Assembly: GCA_043775155.1 (NCBI GenBank) | Contig: JAYVSR010000025.1 | Span: 1 to 49,635, forward strand | From: Burkholderiales bacterium | GTDB taxonomy: Bacteria; Pseudomonadota; Gammaproteobacteria; Burkholderiales; JAEUOS01 | Direction: 5' to 3' | DNA length: 49,635 nt | Shown: positions 18,319 through 26,456 of the stretch, in pieces | Position numbering within the stretch: the first letter of the stretch is position 1 | How the letters are laid out: every line of letters starts with the position of its first letter | Notes under the pieces: model-generated | Databases searched by the model: none | What the model was told of the DNA's origin: nothing | Seen by the model: only the letters and a program-made list of their open reading frames with translations | Position numbers and translations under genes: made by a program

Positions 18319-20073
18319 ATGAGCTTCACCCTGCACGGCATTCCCGTCTCGGGCGGCATCGCGATTGGCCGCGCGCATCTGATCACGCCGGTCGCGCTGA
18401 ATGTCGCGCACTACCGCATCCTGCCCGATCAGGCCGCCGCTGAAGTTGCGCGCTTCGACATCGCCGTGCAAGAAGTGCAAACCGAACTCAAGATGCTGCA
18501 TGGTGAGCTGGCCACGTCTTCGCCGGGCGACCTCGGCGCGTTCATTGATCTGCACTGGTTAATTCTGTCTGACCCAATGCTCTCCAAAGAGCCGGTGCGG
18601 ATCATCGAAGAGCGCCTGTGCAATGCCGAGTGGGCGCTGATCCAGCAGATGGACGCACTGGTCGCACAGTTCGACGCGATTGAAGACGAATACCTGCGCG
18701 AACGCCGCCACGATGTCACGCAAGTGGTCGAGCGCGTGTTGAAGCGCCTGATGGGCGCGATGACGCCGATGCAGTCGGCGCTCAACAAGGCGCGCTCGCA
18801 AGAAGGCGAGATGCTGGTGGTGGCGCATGATTTGTCGCCGGCCGACATGCTGATGTTCAAGCGCCACCAGTTTGCCGGTTTTGTCACCGATGTTGGCGGC
18901 CAGACCTCGCACACTGCAATCATGGCGCGCAGCCTCGCGCTGCCGGCCATCGTCGCGCTGCATCACGCGCGCGAGCTGATCGCCGAAGATGATTGGTTGA
19001 TCCTCGACGGCACCGCGGGCGTCCTGATCGTCGCACCGGATGCAGCGGTACTCAATGAGTATTTGCTCAAACGGCGCAGCTTCGCGCTGGAGAAAAAGAA
19101 ACTCAAACGCATCGCCACTGCGCCGACCACGACGCTCGATGGCGTCGACATCGAACTGCACGCCAACATCGAGTTGCCGGACGACGCCAAAGCGGCGCTG
19201 GCCTGTGGCGCGACTGGCGTGGGCTTGTTCCGCACCGAGTTTTTATTCATGAACCGGAAGGACTCGCCGTCGGAAGAAGAGCAGTTCGATGCCTATCGCG
19301 CAGTGGTCAAAGCAATGCGCAGCCATCCGGTGACGATCCGCACGCTCGATATCGGCGCGGACAAACAACTCGACCCCGACAGCAGCGCCGGGCATCACGG
19401 CGTATCGTCGCTCAACCCGGCGCTCGGTTTGCGTGCGATCCGCTATTGTCTCGCCGAACCGCAATTGTTCCTCACCCAATTACGCGCCATATTGCGCGCA
19501 TCGCATTTCGGTAAAGTAAAAATTTTACTGCCGATGATTGCCCACGCGCACGAGGTGACGCAGGCGCTGGAGTTCATCGCCCAAGCCAAGGCGCAACTCA
19601 CGGCAGCAGGCAAACCGTTCGATGCGAACGTCGATGTCGGCGGCATGATCGAGATTCCCGCCGCCGCGCTGTCACTCGGCTTGTTCATCAAGAAGCTCAA
19701 GTATTTTTCGATCGGCACCAACGACTTGATTCAGTACACCCTAGCGATCGACCGCACGGATGACGAAGTGGCGAGCTTGTACGACCCGCTGCATCCGGCC
19801 GTGCTGTACCTGATCTCGCAGACCATTCGCAGCGGCCTCAAAGCCGGTGTCCCGGTGGCCGTGTGTGGCGAGATGGCGGGCGAGGTGACGATGACACGCC
19901 TGTTGCTCGGCATGGGCTTGCGCCAGTTTTCGATGCATCCGGCGCAATTGCTGACGGTAAAGCAAAAAATATTGCAGTCGTCCCTGGCTGACTGTGAAGA
20001 AACGGTCAAGCGCATGTTGCGCACCGAAGAACCGGACAAACTGCGCGAGCAGTTGGCAGCGTTGAATGCGTAG
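18319..20073 (+). CDS. ptsI: phosphoenolpyruvate-protein phosphotransferase (Enzyme I)
   Basis: GIPVSGGIAIGRAHL, VTDVGGQTSHTAIMARSLALPA (active-site His), GLFRTEFLFM, FFSIGTNDLIQYTLA, CGEMAG. Confidence 0.95.
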   Translation: MSFTLHGIPVSGGIAIGRAHLITPVALNVAHYRILPDQAAAEVARFDIAVQEVQTELKMLHGELATSSPGDLGAFIDLHWLILSDPMLSKEPVRIIEERLCNAEWALIQQMDALVAQFDAIEDEYLRERRHDVTQVVERVLKRLMGAMTPMQSALNKARSQEGEMLVVAHDLSPADMLMFKRHQFAGFVTDVGGQTSHTAIMARSLALPAIVALHHARELIAEDDWLILDGTAGVLIVAPDAAVLNEYLLKRRSFALEKKKLKRIATAPTTTLDGVDIELHANIELPDDAKAALACGATGVGLFRTEFLFMNRKDSPSEEEQFDAYRAVVKAMRSHPVTIRTLDIGADKQLDPDSSAGHHGVSSLNPALGLRAIRYCLAEPQLFLTQLRAILRASHFGKVKILLPMIAHAHEVTQALEFIAQAKAQLTAAGKPFDANVDVGGMIEIPAAALSLGLFIKKLKYFSIGTNDLIQYTLAIDRTDDEVASLYDPLHPAVLYLISQTIRSGLKAGVPVAVCGEMAGEVTMTRLLLGMGLRQFSMHPAQLLTVKQKILQSSLADCEETVKRMLRTEEPDKLREQLAALNA

Positions 20074-20079
20074 CTACTT

Positions 20080-20544
20080 GTGTTGAGAGAAATCAATCTC
20101 TCGCGGCACGACGACCCGGCGATCAAGAAGCGCTGGTTTGAAGACGGCTTCTTCGATTTGTTCCTCTGGTTTCGGGCTGACCAATTTTCGACCGGCCAAC
20201 CCTTCCACATGCAGCTTTGCTACGGTAAGCCGGCGCGCGAAAAAGCGGTGAGCTGGCGCGAGGGCCACGGCTATTTCCACGACGGTGTGCTGTCGAATCA
20301 GCCTGGTGAAATGGTAGCCAAAAGTTCGATCCTCGAAGCTGGCGGTGCGTTTGATTTCTCGAAAGTGAATGCGCGATTTCTGCGTGACTCAGCAAATCTC
20401 GACATTGGTGTGCGCAAGTTTGTGCTTGAAAAGCTGCATCACTTTGCGCTGAACGGCCCGACCAATTCGGCTCGTCCGGGGCGCGAAATGGTGCGGCGCG
20501 AAGGGGTCGATGACGCGGATAACGCGCCGGAATCACCGTCTTAA
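20080..20544 (+). CDS. hypothetical protein (no family recognised)
   Basis: 154-aa ORF with host-like GC3 bias, 7 nt after the ptsI stop. GTG/TTG start, so the start is uncertain. Sequence ...KKRWFEDGFFDLFLWFRADQ...GYFHDGVL... matches no motif I can name. Confidence 0.5.
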   Translation: MLREINLSRHDDPAIKKRWFEDGFFDLFLWFRADQFSTGQPFHMQLCYGKPAREKAVSWREGHGYFHDGVLSNQPGEMVAKSSILEAGGAFDFSKVNARFLRDSANLDIGVRKFVLEKLHHFALNGPTNSARPGREMVRREGVDDADNAPESPS

Positions 20545-20564
20545 GAGACGCTATAATTCTCCCC

Positions 20565-20640
20565 AGCGCCGATTTGTCGATCAGATTGCGGGCGCCCGAA
20601 CACTCAAAGCTTCGCCGGATTTTGTTCCGGGCCGCCCTCA
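20565..20640 (+). ncRNA. candidate SAM-II-like riboswitch aptamer in the metX leader
   Basis: Perfect TATAAT at 20552-20557. This is followed by the stem GCGCC...GGCGC enclosing GAUUUG...AUUGCG, and then CAAAGCUU (20605-20612), which can pair with the loop UUUG. The order GAUUU / UUGC / AAAGCU resembles the SAM-II (metA/metX leader) pseudoknot as I remember it. Confidence 0.35.
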
Positions 20641-20690
20641 AGTGTGACGAATAAATGCGGCTAAAAGGTGAGGGCGAGATTCCCGCTACA

Positions 20691-20728
20691 AAACCCGATT
20701 AGCCAATGCTGGTCGGGTTTTTGTTTTT
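20691..20728 (+). terminator. intrinsic terminator/attenuator 12 nt upstream of the metX start
   Basis: AAACCCGATTAG (20691-20702) pairs with CTGGTCGGGTTT (20709-20720), including 2 G-U pairs, around a 6-nt loop. It is followed by TTGTTTTT. Confidence 0.7.
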
Positions 20729-20739
20729 CGACGGTACCT

Positions 20740-21909
20740 ATGTCAGCCTCCACCTCAGTTTCCACTTCGGTTTCCGCGCCATCAGCCACCTCCGTCGGCC
20801 GCACCACGCCGCAGCTGGCGCGCTTCGACGCGCCCTTTGCGTTCAAAAGCGGTAAGTCGATCCCTTCGTTCGAATTGATGTACGAGACCTACGGCAGGCT
20901 CAACGCAGACAAATCAAATGCCGTGCTGGTGTGCCATGCGCTCAACGCATCACATCACGTGGCCGGCATCGACGCCGACGGCAACGAGGGCTGGTGGGAC
21001 AACATGATCGGGCCGGCCAAGCCGCTCGACACGGACAAATTCTTCGTCATCGGCGTGAACAATCTGGGTGGCTGCTTTGGCACCACCGGGCCGAAAGACG
21101 CAAACCCCGTCACCGGCAAACCGTACGGCGCTGATTTCCCGGTCGTCACGGTCGAAGACTGGGTCAACGCGCAGGCGCGGCTGGCGGATCAACTTGGCAT
21201 TCAATGCTTCGCCGCAGTGATGGGCGGCTCGCTCGGCGCGATGCAGGCGCTGCAATGGGCCATCGCGTATCCGCAACGGCTGAAGAATGCGCTGGTCGTG
21301 GCGTCGACACCGAAGCTGTCAGCGCAGAACATCGCCTTCAACGAGGTCGCGCGGCAAGCCATCGTCACCGATCCGGATTTTCACGGCGGGCATTACTACG
21401 AACATGATGTGGTACCGGCCAATGGCCTGCGTGTCGCGCGCATGGTCGGTCACATCACTTATTTGTCCGACGACGTAATGGGCGAAAAATTTGGCCGCGA
21501 TCTGCGCGACGGTCTGCAATATGGCTACGGCGCCGAGTTTCAGATCGAGAGCTACCTGCGCCATCAGGGCGACAAATTCTCTGGTTACTTTGATGCCAAC
21601 ACCTATCTCTTGATCACCAAGGCGCTGGACTATTTCGACCCGGCGTCGAGCACTGGCGGCGATCTGGCGGCCGCGTTAAAGCCAGCCAGCGGCGTCAACT
21701 TCCTCGTCGTCTCGTTCACCACCGACTGGCGTTTCTCACCCGCGCGTTCGCGCGAGATCGTTGCCGCGCTGACTGCCAATCGCACCCCGGTGAGCTACGC
21801 CGAGATCGACGCGCCACACGGACATGATGAGTTTTTGCTCACCGACGCGCGCTATCACGCGCTGGTGCGTGCCTGGTACGGGCGGATTGATGCGGAGGCG
21901 GCGCGATGA
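20740..21909 (+). CDS. metX: homoserine O-acetyl/succinyl-transferase MetX
   Basis: [65 protein letters not shown] (nucleophile elbow G-S-L-G), DWRF, HGHDEFL. Start moved to ATG 20740. Confidence 0.93.
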   Translation: MSASTSVSTSVSAPSATSVGRTTPQLARFDAPFAFKSGKSIPSFELMYETYGRLNADKSNAVLVCHALNASHHVAGIDADGNEGWWDNMIGPAKPLDTDKFFVIGVNNLGGCFGTTGPKDANPVTGKPYGADFPVVTVEDWVNAQARLADQLGIQCFAAVMGGSLGAMQALQWAIAYPQRLKNALVVASTPKLSAQNIAFNEVARQAIVTDPDFHGGHYYEHDVVPANGLRVARMVGHITYLSDDVMGEKFGRDLRDGLQYGYGAEFQIESYLRHQGDKFSGYFDANTYLLITKALDYFDPASSTGGDLAAALKPASGVNFLVVSFTTDWRFSPARSREIVAALTANRTPVSYAEIDAPHGHDEFLLTDARYHALVRAWYGRIDAEAAR

Positions 21910-22583
21910 CCACGAACGAGCAGCTGAACACGAATCAGGGCGCGAACCCGCCTCTGACCCCGCCGCTGACCTCGGGTGAAAGCCACACCCGCGGCCAGTC
22001 GCAGTTGCGCGCCGACTTCACCATCTTCGCCAACATGCTGCGCCCCGGCGCGCGCGTGCTCGACTTGGGCTGTGGCGACGGCGCGCTGCTGAAGTTTTTG
22101 CATGGCACGCGCGGCGTCAAAGGCTACGGCATCGAGATCGACGATGCGAACGTACTTGCGGCGCTCACCAACGGCATCAACGTAATTCAGAGCGACTTGG
22201 AGCGCGGCCTCAATAGCTTCGGTGACGCCAGTTTCGACACCGTGCTGCTGTCACAAACCCTGCAAGCGATGCGCAACATCGAAGGATTGATGAAGGAAAT
22301 GGCGCGGGTCGGGCGCGAAGTGATCGTCAGCTTTCCGAACCTGCGCTATCAGCCCAACTTCGCGCAACTCGAAGCCGGGCGCATGCCGGTGTCCGACGTA
22401 CTGCCGCATCAATGGCACAACACACCGAACATCCACCTGTGTACCTTGCTCGATTTTGAAGATCTGTGTGCGCAGTTGCAGCTGTCTATCGTCGAGCGCG
22501 TCGCGCTGGCGCAGGGCCGGCCAGTGACGGAGAATCCCAACGTCAGTAGCGAGCTGGCGATTTACCGCGTCAAGCGCGGCTGA
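21906..22583 (+). CDS. metW: methionine biosynthesis protein MetW
   Basis: ATGA overlap with met[17 protein letters not shown]...GYGIEID...[10 protein letters not shown]...[13 protein letters not shown]. Confidence 0.9.
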   Translation: MTTNEQLNTNQGANPPLTPPLTSGESHTRGQSQLRADFTIFANMLRPGARVLDLGCGDGALLKFLHGTRGVKGYGIEIDDANVLAALTNGINVIQSDLERGLNSFGDASFDTVLLSQTLQAMRNIEGLMKEMARVGREVIVSFPNLRYQPNFAQLEAGRMPVSDVLPHQWHNTPNIHLCTLLDFEDLCAQLQLSIVERVALAQGRPVTENPNVSSELAIYRVKRG

Positions 22584-22682
22584 CCGCGCGGGGCCGCGCG
22601 CGGGCCGTGCCCGTTCCGGCGCGCAGCCTGATCTCCCGCATAATTTGCGCATCGATTCTTCAACTCTTAAGGAGCCTAGTCT

Positions 22683-23489
22683 ATGTCGTCCGCCGCCTCG
22701 AACTGCATCGCCGCCGTTCTGCTCGCCGGATTCGCCGGGTTTGCCAGTGGCCAGAATCAAAGCGCGCCGACCCCGCCGGCCGAACCCTACGCACCGCAAT
22801 CGGGACAGCCCGGAAAAGACGTCGTCTGGGTGCCGACGCCGCAAGTGGCTGTGGACAAGATGATGGAACTGGCCAAGGTCACCGCTGTCGATATCGTGAT
22901 CGATTTGGGATCGGGCGATGGCCGTACCGTCATCACCGCCGCCAAATTGGGCGCGCGCGCGATGGGCATCGAATACAACCCGGAGATGGTCGAACACGCG
23001 CGCCAGAACGCGGCGGCCGCAGGTGTGACGAAGAACGCCAGCTTCGTTAAAGCCGACTTGTTCGAGGCCGATTTCAGCGAGGCGACAGTGATCACGATGT
23101 TCCTGCTGCCAGACATCAATCTGCGTCTGCGGCCCAAACTGCTTGATCTCAAACCCGGCACTCGAATTGTCTCGAATACCTTCACCATGGGCGAATGGGA
23201 ACCGGATGCACAGGTCAATCTGTATGGCGACGCCGGGTGCGAGAACTCCTACTGCAAGGTGTTGTTCTGGCTGGTGCCGCAACGTGTGGCCGGCACTTAC
23301 GTCGTGCCACAGGGTGAAGTCACCTTAAAGCAAGAGTTTCAGATGCTCACCGGGACGCTCAAGACCGGTGGCACGACAGTGCAGGTGCAAGGGCGCGTAG
23401 CGGGCGGCGAGATTGAGATTTCAGCTGGCAGCAAGCGTTATCGCGGTCTCCTCAAGGGCCGCACGCTGGAGCTGCGCGACGCCGGCTAG
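22683..23489 (+). CDS. class I SAM-dependent methyltransferase with an N-terminal signal peptide
   Basis: IAAVLLAGFAGFASGQ (signal-like), then VIDLGSGDGRTVITAAKLGARAMGIEYNPEMV (motif I and post-I), VITMFLLPDIN, RIVSNTF. Confidence 0.75.
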   Translation: MSSAASNCIAAVLLAGFAGFASGQNQSAPTPPAEPYAPQSGQPGKDVVWVPTPQVAVDKMMELAKVTAVDIVIDLGSGDGRTVITAAKLGARAMGIEYNPEMVEHARQNAAAAGVTKNASFVKADLFEADFSEATVITMFLLPDINLRLRPKLLDLKPGTRIVSNTFTMGEWEPDAQVNLYGDAGCENSYCKVLFWLVPQRVAGTYVVPQGEVTLKQEFQMLTGTLKTGGTTVQVQGRVAGGEIEISAGSKRYRGLLKGRTLELRDAG

Positions 23490-23505
23490 CGCGCTGCGCC
23501 AAAGC

Positions 23506-23552
23506 TGGTCAGGCGCACGCCGGCAGGCCCTGCGCTGAGGCAACTTTTTTTC
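23506..23552 (+). terminator. probable terminator after the methyltransferase gene
   Basis: Imperfect GC stem (CAGGCGCA...TGCGCTG) followed by a T7 run at 23545-23551. Confidence 0.4.
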
Positions 23553-23727
23553 TCACCGGTGCTGTCATTTCGGCAGCCGGATTGGCTCGAATCAGTACGC
23601 GGCATCGTCAAGCCAATCGCCCGCGGCCTGCGCAATACACCGCGCCCGAATAATTTCTTGGCGAGAACGGCACCGTCCGCTCCGGCCGGTTTTCACTCGG
23701 CGTCATCACCTATCAAATGGCTTACCG

Positions 23728-23755
23728 GCTCCCACCAATGCTCTCAGGCCGATGG
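23728..23755 (+). repeat. 28-bp repeat, left copy (flanks the EPS/sensor block)
   Basis: GCTCCCACCAATGCTCTCAGGCCGATGG. Matches 32468-32495 at 25 of 28 positions, in the same orientation. Confidence 0.8.
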
Positions 23756-23778
23756 CACAGATGAATCTGCATGCCGCA

Positions 23779-25185
23779 TCAACCCGCCCTGCCAATCCGT
23801 TTCATCTCGCCCCATTGCCCTTGCTTGCCACGCAACCACTGCCACATGCCGCGCACGCGCCAAATCAGATTGATCTGGCGATAGCCAAAGTTTTCCAGAC
23901 AGGCAACGCCAAACAAAATCATCAGATCGGCCGGCTTCGGATTGATCCGGAACGCCATTTCGTCAAGCCATAACGACAGCGTCGAGAGCAGCATGCCGAA
24001 GCCGAACGCGGCGAGCAGCAACAGGAGCATGGTGTCCATGCGTACCGCACCGGCCAGGAACGCGTAGCCAAGCAGCAGGTAGCCGCCCATTTCCACCAGC
24101 GGCGAGGCCCACTCGAACAGGAGGAAATAGGGGAACGCAAGCCAGCCGGCCCGGCCACCGCGCCGGTGAAACAGCAGACGGCGGTTCAGCCACAAACTTT
24201 CACACAGGCCGCGCTGCCAACGGATGCGCTGGTTTCGCAGGGTTTTCAGGTCTTCCGGCGCTTCGGTCCAGCAGACCGGATCGGGGACGTAGGCGATCCT
24301 GTAGGGTATCCCGCGCGTGCTCAGATAGTGATGCATGCGTACGATCAGTTCCATATCTTCGCCGATCGTGTCGTTGCGGTAGCCACCGGCTGCCACTACG
24401 GTGTCTTTGTGCAGCAGACCGAAAGCGCCCGAAATGATCAACAGCGCGTCGAGGCTGGACCAGCCCATCCGCCCGAACAAAAAGGCGCGCACGTATTCGA
24501 CCGTCTGGAACAGCGCCAGCGGATGGCGTGGCAGGCGCGTCTCGACAATGTGGCCGTTCTGTACAGTGCAGCCGTTGCTCAAGCGGATGGTGCCGCCGCA
24601 GGCCACGGTGCGCGCGTCTTCGATGAACGGCTGCACCACCCGCAACAGGGCGTCGCGCTCCAACAGCGAGTCGGCATCGACACAGCAGAACAAGGGGTTG
24701 CGCGACGCGTTGATGCCAGCATTGATCGCGTCGGCCTTGCCGCCATTGACTTTGTCGACCACGCGCAATTGCGGGTAGGTGGTGGAGCGGTAGACGCCGC
24801 GCACCGCCTGGCTGGGCACGTGGAGCGGTACCACCTCGGGAAACGGCGTCAGACCGAAGGTCTTGGTCAAGGCATCAAGCGTCCCGTCTTTTGATCCGTC
24901 ATTGACCACCACCACTTCGTAGGCGGCATAGCGCAGTTGCAGCATCGAACGCACCGAGGCGACGATGGTCTGCTCCTCGTTGTACGCGGGCACGATGATG
25001 CTGACGGGCGGCTCGAACCCGGTAAGCAGAAACTCGCGCACCTCGGCGCGGCGGTAGCGCCGCTCGTAATTAATCCGTTTCCAGGTCAACAGGCTGATCA
25101 CCACCTGACAGCAGGTGTAGATCAGCAGATAGGCGAACAGGCCGCAGGTCAGCCAGTCGATCACGCCGGGCCAGAAGCTGTTCAT
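23779..25185 (-). CDS. processive family-2 glycosyltransferase (membrane-embedded polysaccharide synthase, PgaC/IcaA/BcsA-like core)
   Basis: N-terminal TM helices, then PVSIIVPAYNEE, VVVVNDGSKDGT, NGGKADAINAG, VDADS (DxD), GAFGLL, IGEDMEL, QRIRWQRG (QxxRW), then a bundle of 3-4 C-terminal TM helices. ATG 25185 overlaps the upstream stop (ATGA). Confidence 0.88.
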   Translation of the reverse strand: MNSFWPGVIDWLTCGLFAYLLIYTCCQVVISLLTWKRINYERRYRRAEVREFLLTGFEPPVSIIVPAYNEEQTIVASVRSMLQLRYAAYEVVVVNDGSKDGTLDALTKTFGLTPFPEVVPLHVPSQAVRGVYRSTTYPQLRVVDKVNGGKADAINAGINASRNPLFCCVDADSLLERDALLRVVQPFIEDARTVACGGTIRLSNGCTVQNGHIVETRLPRHPLALFQTVEYVRAFLFGRMGWSSLDALLIISGAFGLLHKDTVVAAGGYRNDTIGEDMELIVRMHHYLSTRGIPYRIAYVPDPVCWTEAPEDLKTLRNQRIRWQRGLCESLWLNRRLLFHRRGGRAGWLAFPYFLLFEWASPLVEMGGYLLLGYAFLAGAVRMDTMLLLLLAAFGFGMLLSTLSLWLDEMAFRINPKPADLMILFGVACLENFGYRQINLIWRVRGMWQWLRGKQGQWGEMKRIGRAG

Positions 25186-26456
25186 GTAGCCGGCTGCCAA
25201 GCGAATTCAGCCACCGCGAACGCCATCGCGTCGCGCGCAAAACGGTCCTCGATTTTCGCCAGCACGGCATCCAGCACCGCCTGATCGCCACGCGCCAGAC
25301 GCAGAATCGCCTGCGCGGCGCGATAGCGTACCCACCATTCCGGATCGCTGAGCAAGCGTCCTAGTACGTCAAGGTCTGGCGGCAGGCCGAGCATGCCCAG
25401 CGCATAAGCGGCATGCATCCGCACCACCCAGCGTTTGTCGGCAATCAAGCCCAAGGCGGTATCGCGATCTTCAGCGCTGCCCAGACGGCCGAGCGCGTGC
25501 AGCAACGCGCCGGTTTCGGCGTTGTCGCGATTGTTCGCCAGGCGCAGGCGCAGGGCCGGCACTGCGTGCAGGCTCTCGATCAATTCGAGCAGCCGGATCA
25601 CCGGGGTAGCCTGGCCAGCCGGGATCGCGGCCAGCGCTTGTTCGAGCGCCCGCCGGGTCGCGTCCGGATTGGCGGTAGCAGCCGCAGCCATCGCAGCGGG
25701 TGACCAGCCGCCGCGCAGCACCAGCGCACGAAAGCTCTGGCGCCCCTCTGCGGGGGCGATTTTCAGCAATGCTTCAGCGGCGGCCAGCGCCAGTTTCGGT
25801 GCGGCGTTTGCGGCCAAGCGCGCCAACGCTGACTCGATGCTGGCACCAGTGATCCCGAGCAGCGCTGCGGCACGAATGGCGAGCAGCAGTTGCCACGGGG
25901 CGGCGGTGGTGCTGCCGAGCAGCGCCAGAACACGGCGTTCCACCCCGAGTTCGGCGCCGGCCGAACGCAAGCCCTCTTCACCTTCGTCGCGCACATAGCC
26001 CGCCAAATGAAGCCATAGCAGCAGGAACCGTACTTCGTCGCCCCGCGCCAGCGCTGGCAGCGGTTCGCGGTCGCCCGCCATCCGGCCATGCAGTAGCGGC
26101 TCCCAGCGGGCGGCAAACCGGTCGCGCCGCGCACGCTCGCGCACACGCGCCCAGCGGGTCAGAAAGCCGGCCGCGAGAAACACCACGATCCAGCCAGCCA
26201 GGATCAAGTTTAGTCCGGCCAACCCGACAATAATGCTGGTGTCCGCAGCGGCACCGGCGGTGGCAAAGCGCAGCGGCGCATCGAGCACGGTCGTCAGCCA
26301 CGCCGGTGCTGCCCGCGCGGACACCGGGGCAGAAATCAGCAGGACTGCCGGCAGCGCCGCCGGCAGTCCCCCTGCGCGCCGCTTAAAAACGAAAGCGCAG
26401 CCCAAGGCTGAGCGACTCACGGGTGGTGGTGCCCTGGCGCGTGCGGCCGGCCCCAT
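25182..26456 (-). CDS. membrane-anchored HEAT-repeat protein
   Basis: TM helix IIVGLAGLNLILAGWIVVFLAAGFL followed by Ala/Leu-rich helical repeats, including the classic HEAT_2 units DKRWVVRMHAAYALGMLG and DPEWWVRYRAAQAILRL. The start is ambiguous: ATG 26456 overlaps the porin gene by 74 nt; TTG 26405, GTG 26420 and GTG 26324 are alternatives. Confidence 0.7.
   Translation of the reverse strand: MGPAARARAPPPVSRSALGCAFVFKRRAGGLPAALPAVLLISAPVSARAAPAWLTTVLDAPLRFATAGAAADTSIIVGLAGLNLILAGWIVVFLAAGFLTRWARVRERARRDRFAARWEPLLHGRMAGDREPLPALARGDEVRFLLLWLHLAGYVRDEGEEGLRSAGAELGVERRVLALLGSTTAAPWQLLLAIRAAALLGITGASIESALARLAANAAPKLALAAAEALLKIAPAEGRQSFRALVLRGGWSPAAMAAAATANPDATRRALEQALAAIPAGQATPVIRLLELIESLHAVPALRLRLANNRDNAETGALLHALGRLGSAEDRDTALGLIADKRWVVRMHAAYALGMLGLPPDLDVLGRLLSDPEWWVRYRAAQAILRLARGDQAVLDAVLAKIEDRFARDAMAFAVAEFAWQPAT

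Noticed and set aside
23559-23873. 104-aa plus-strand ORF in the gap between the methyltransferase and the GT2 gene
   Set aside because: It runs into the 3' end of the convergent GT2 gene. It has a Ser/Pro/Arg/Ala-rich composition, no Shine-Dalgarno sequence and a GTG start. The region is better explained as terminator plus repeat.
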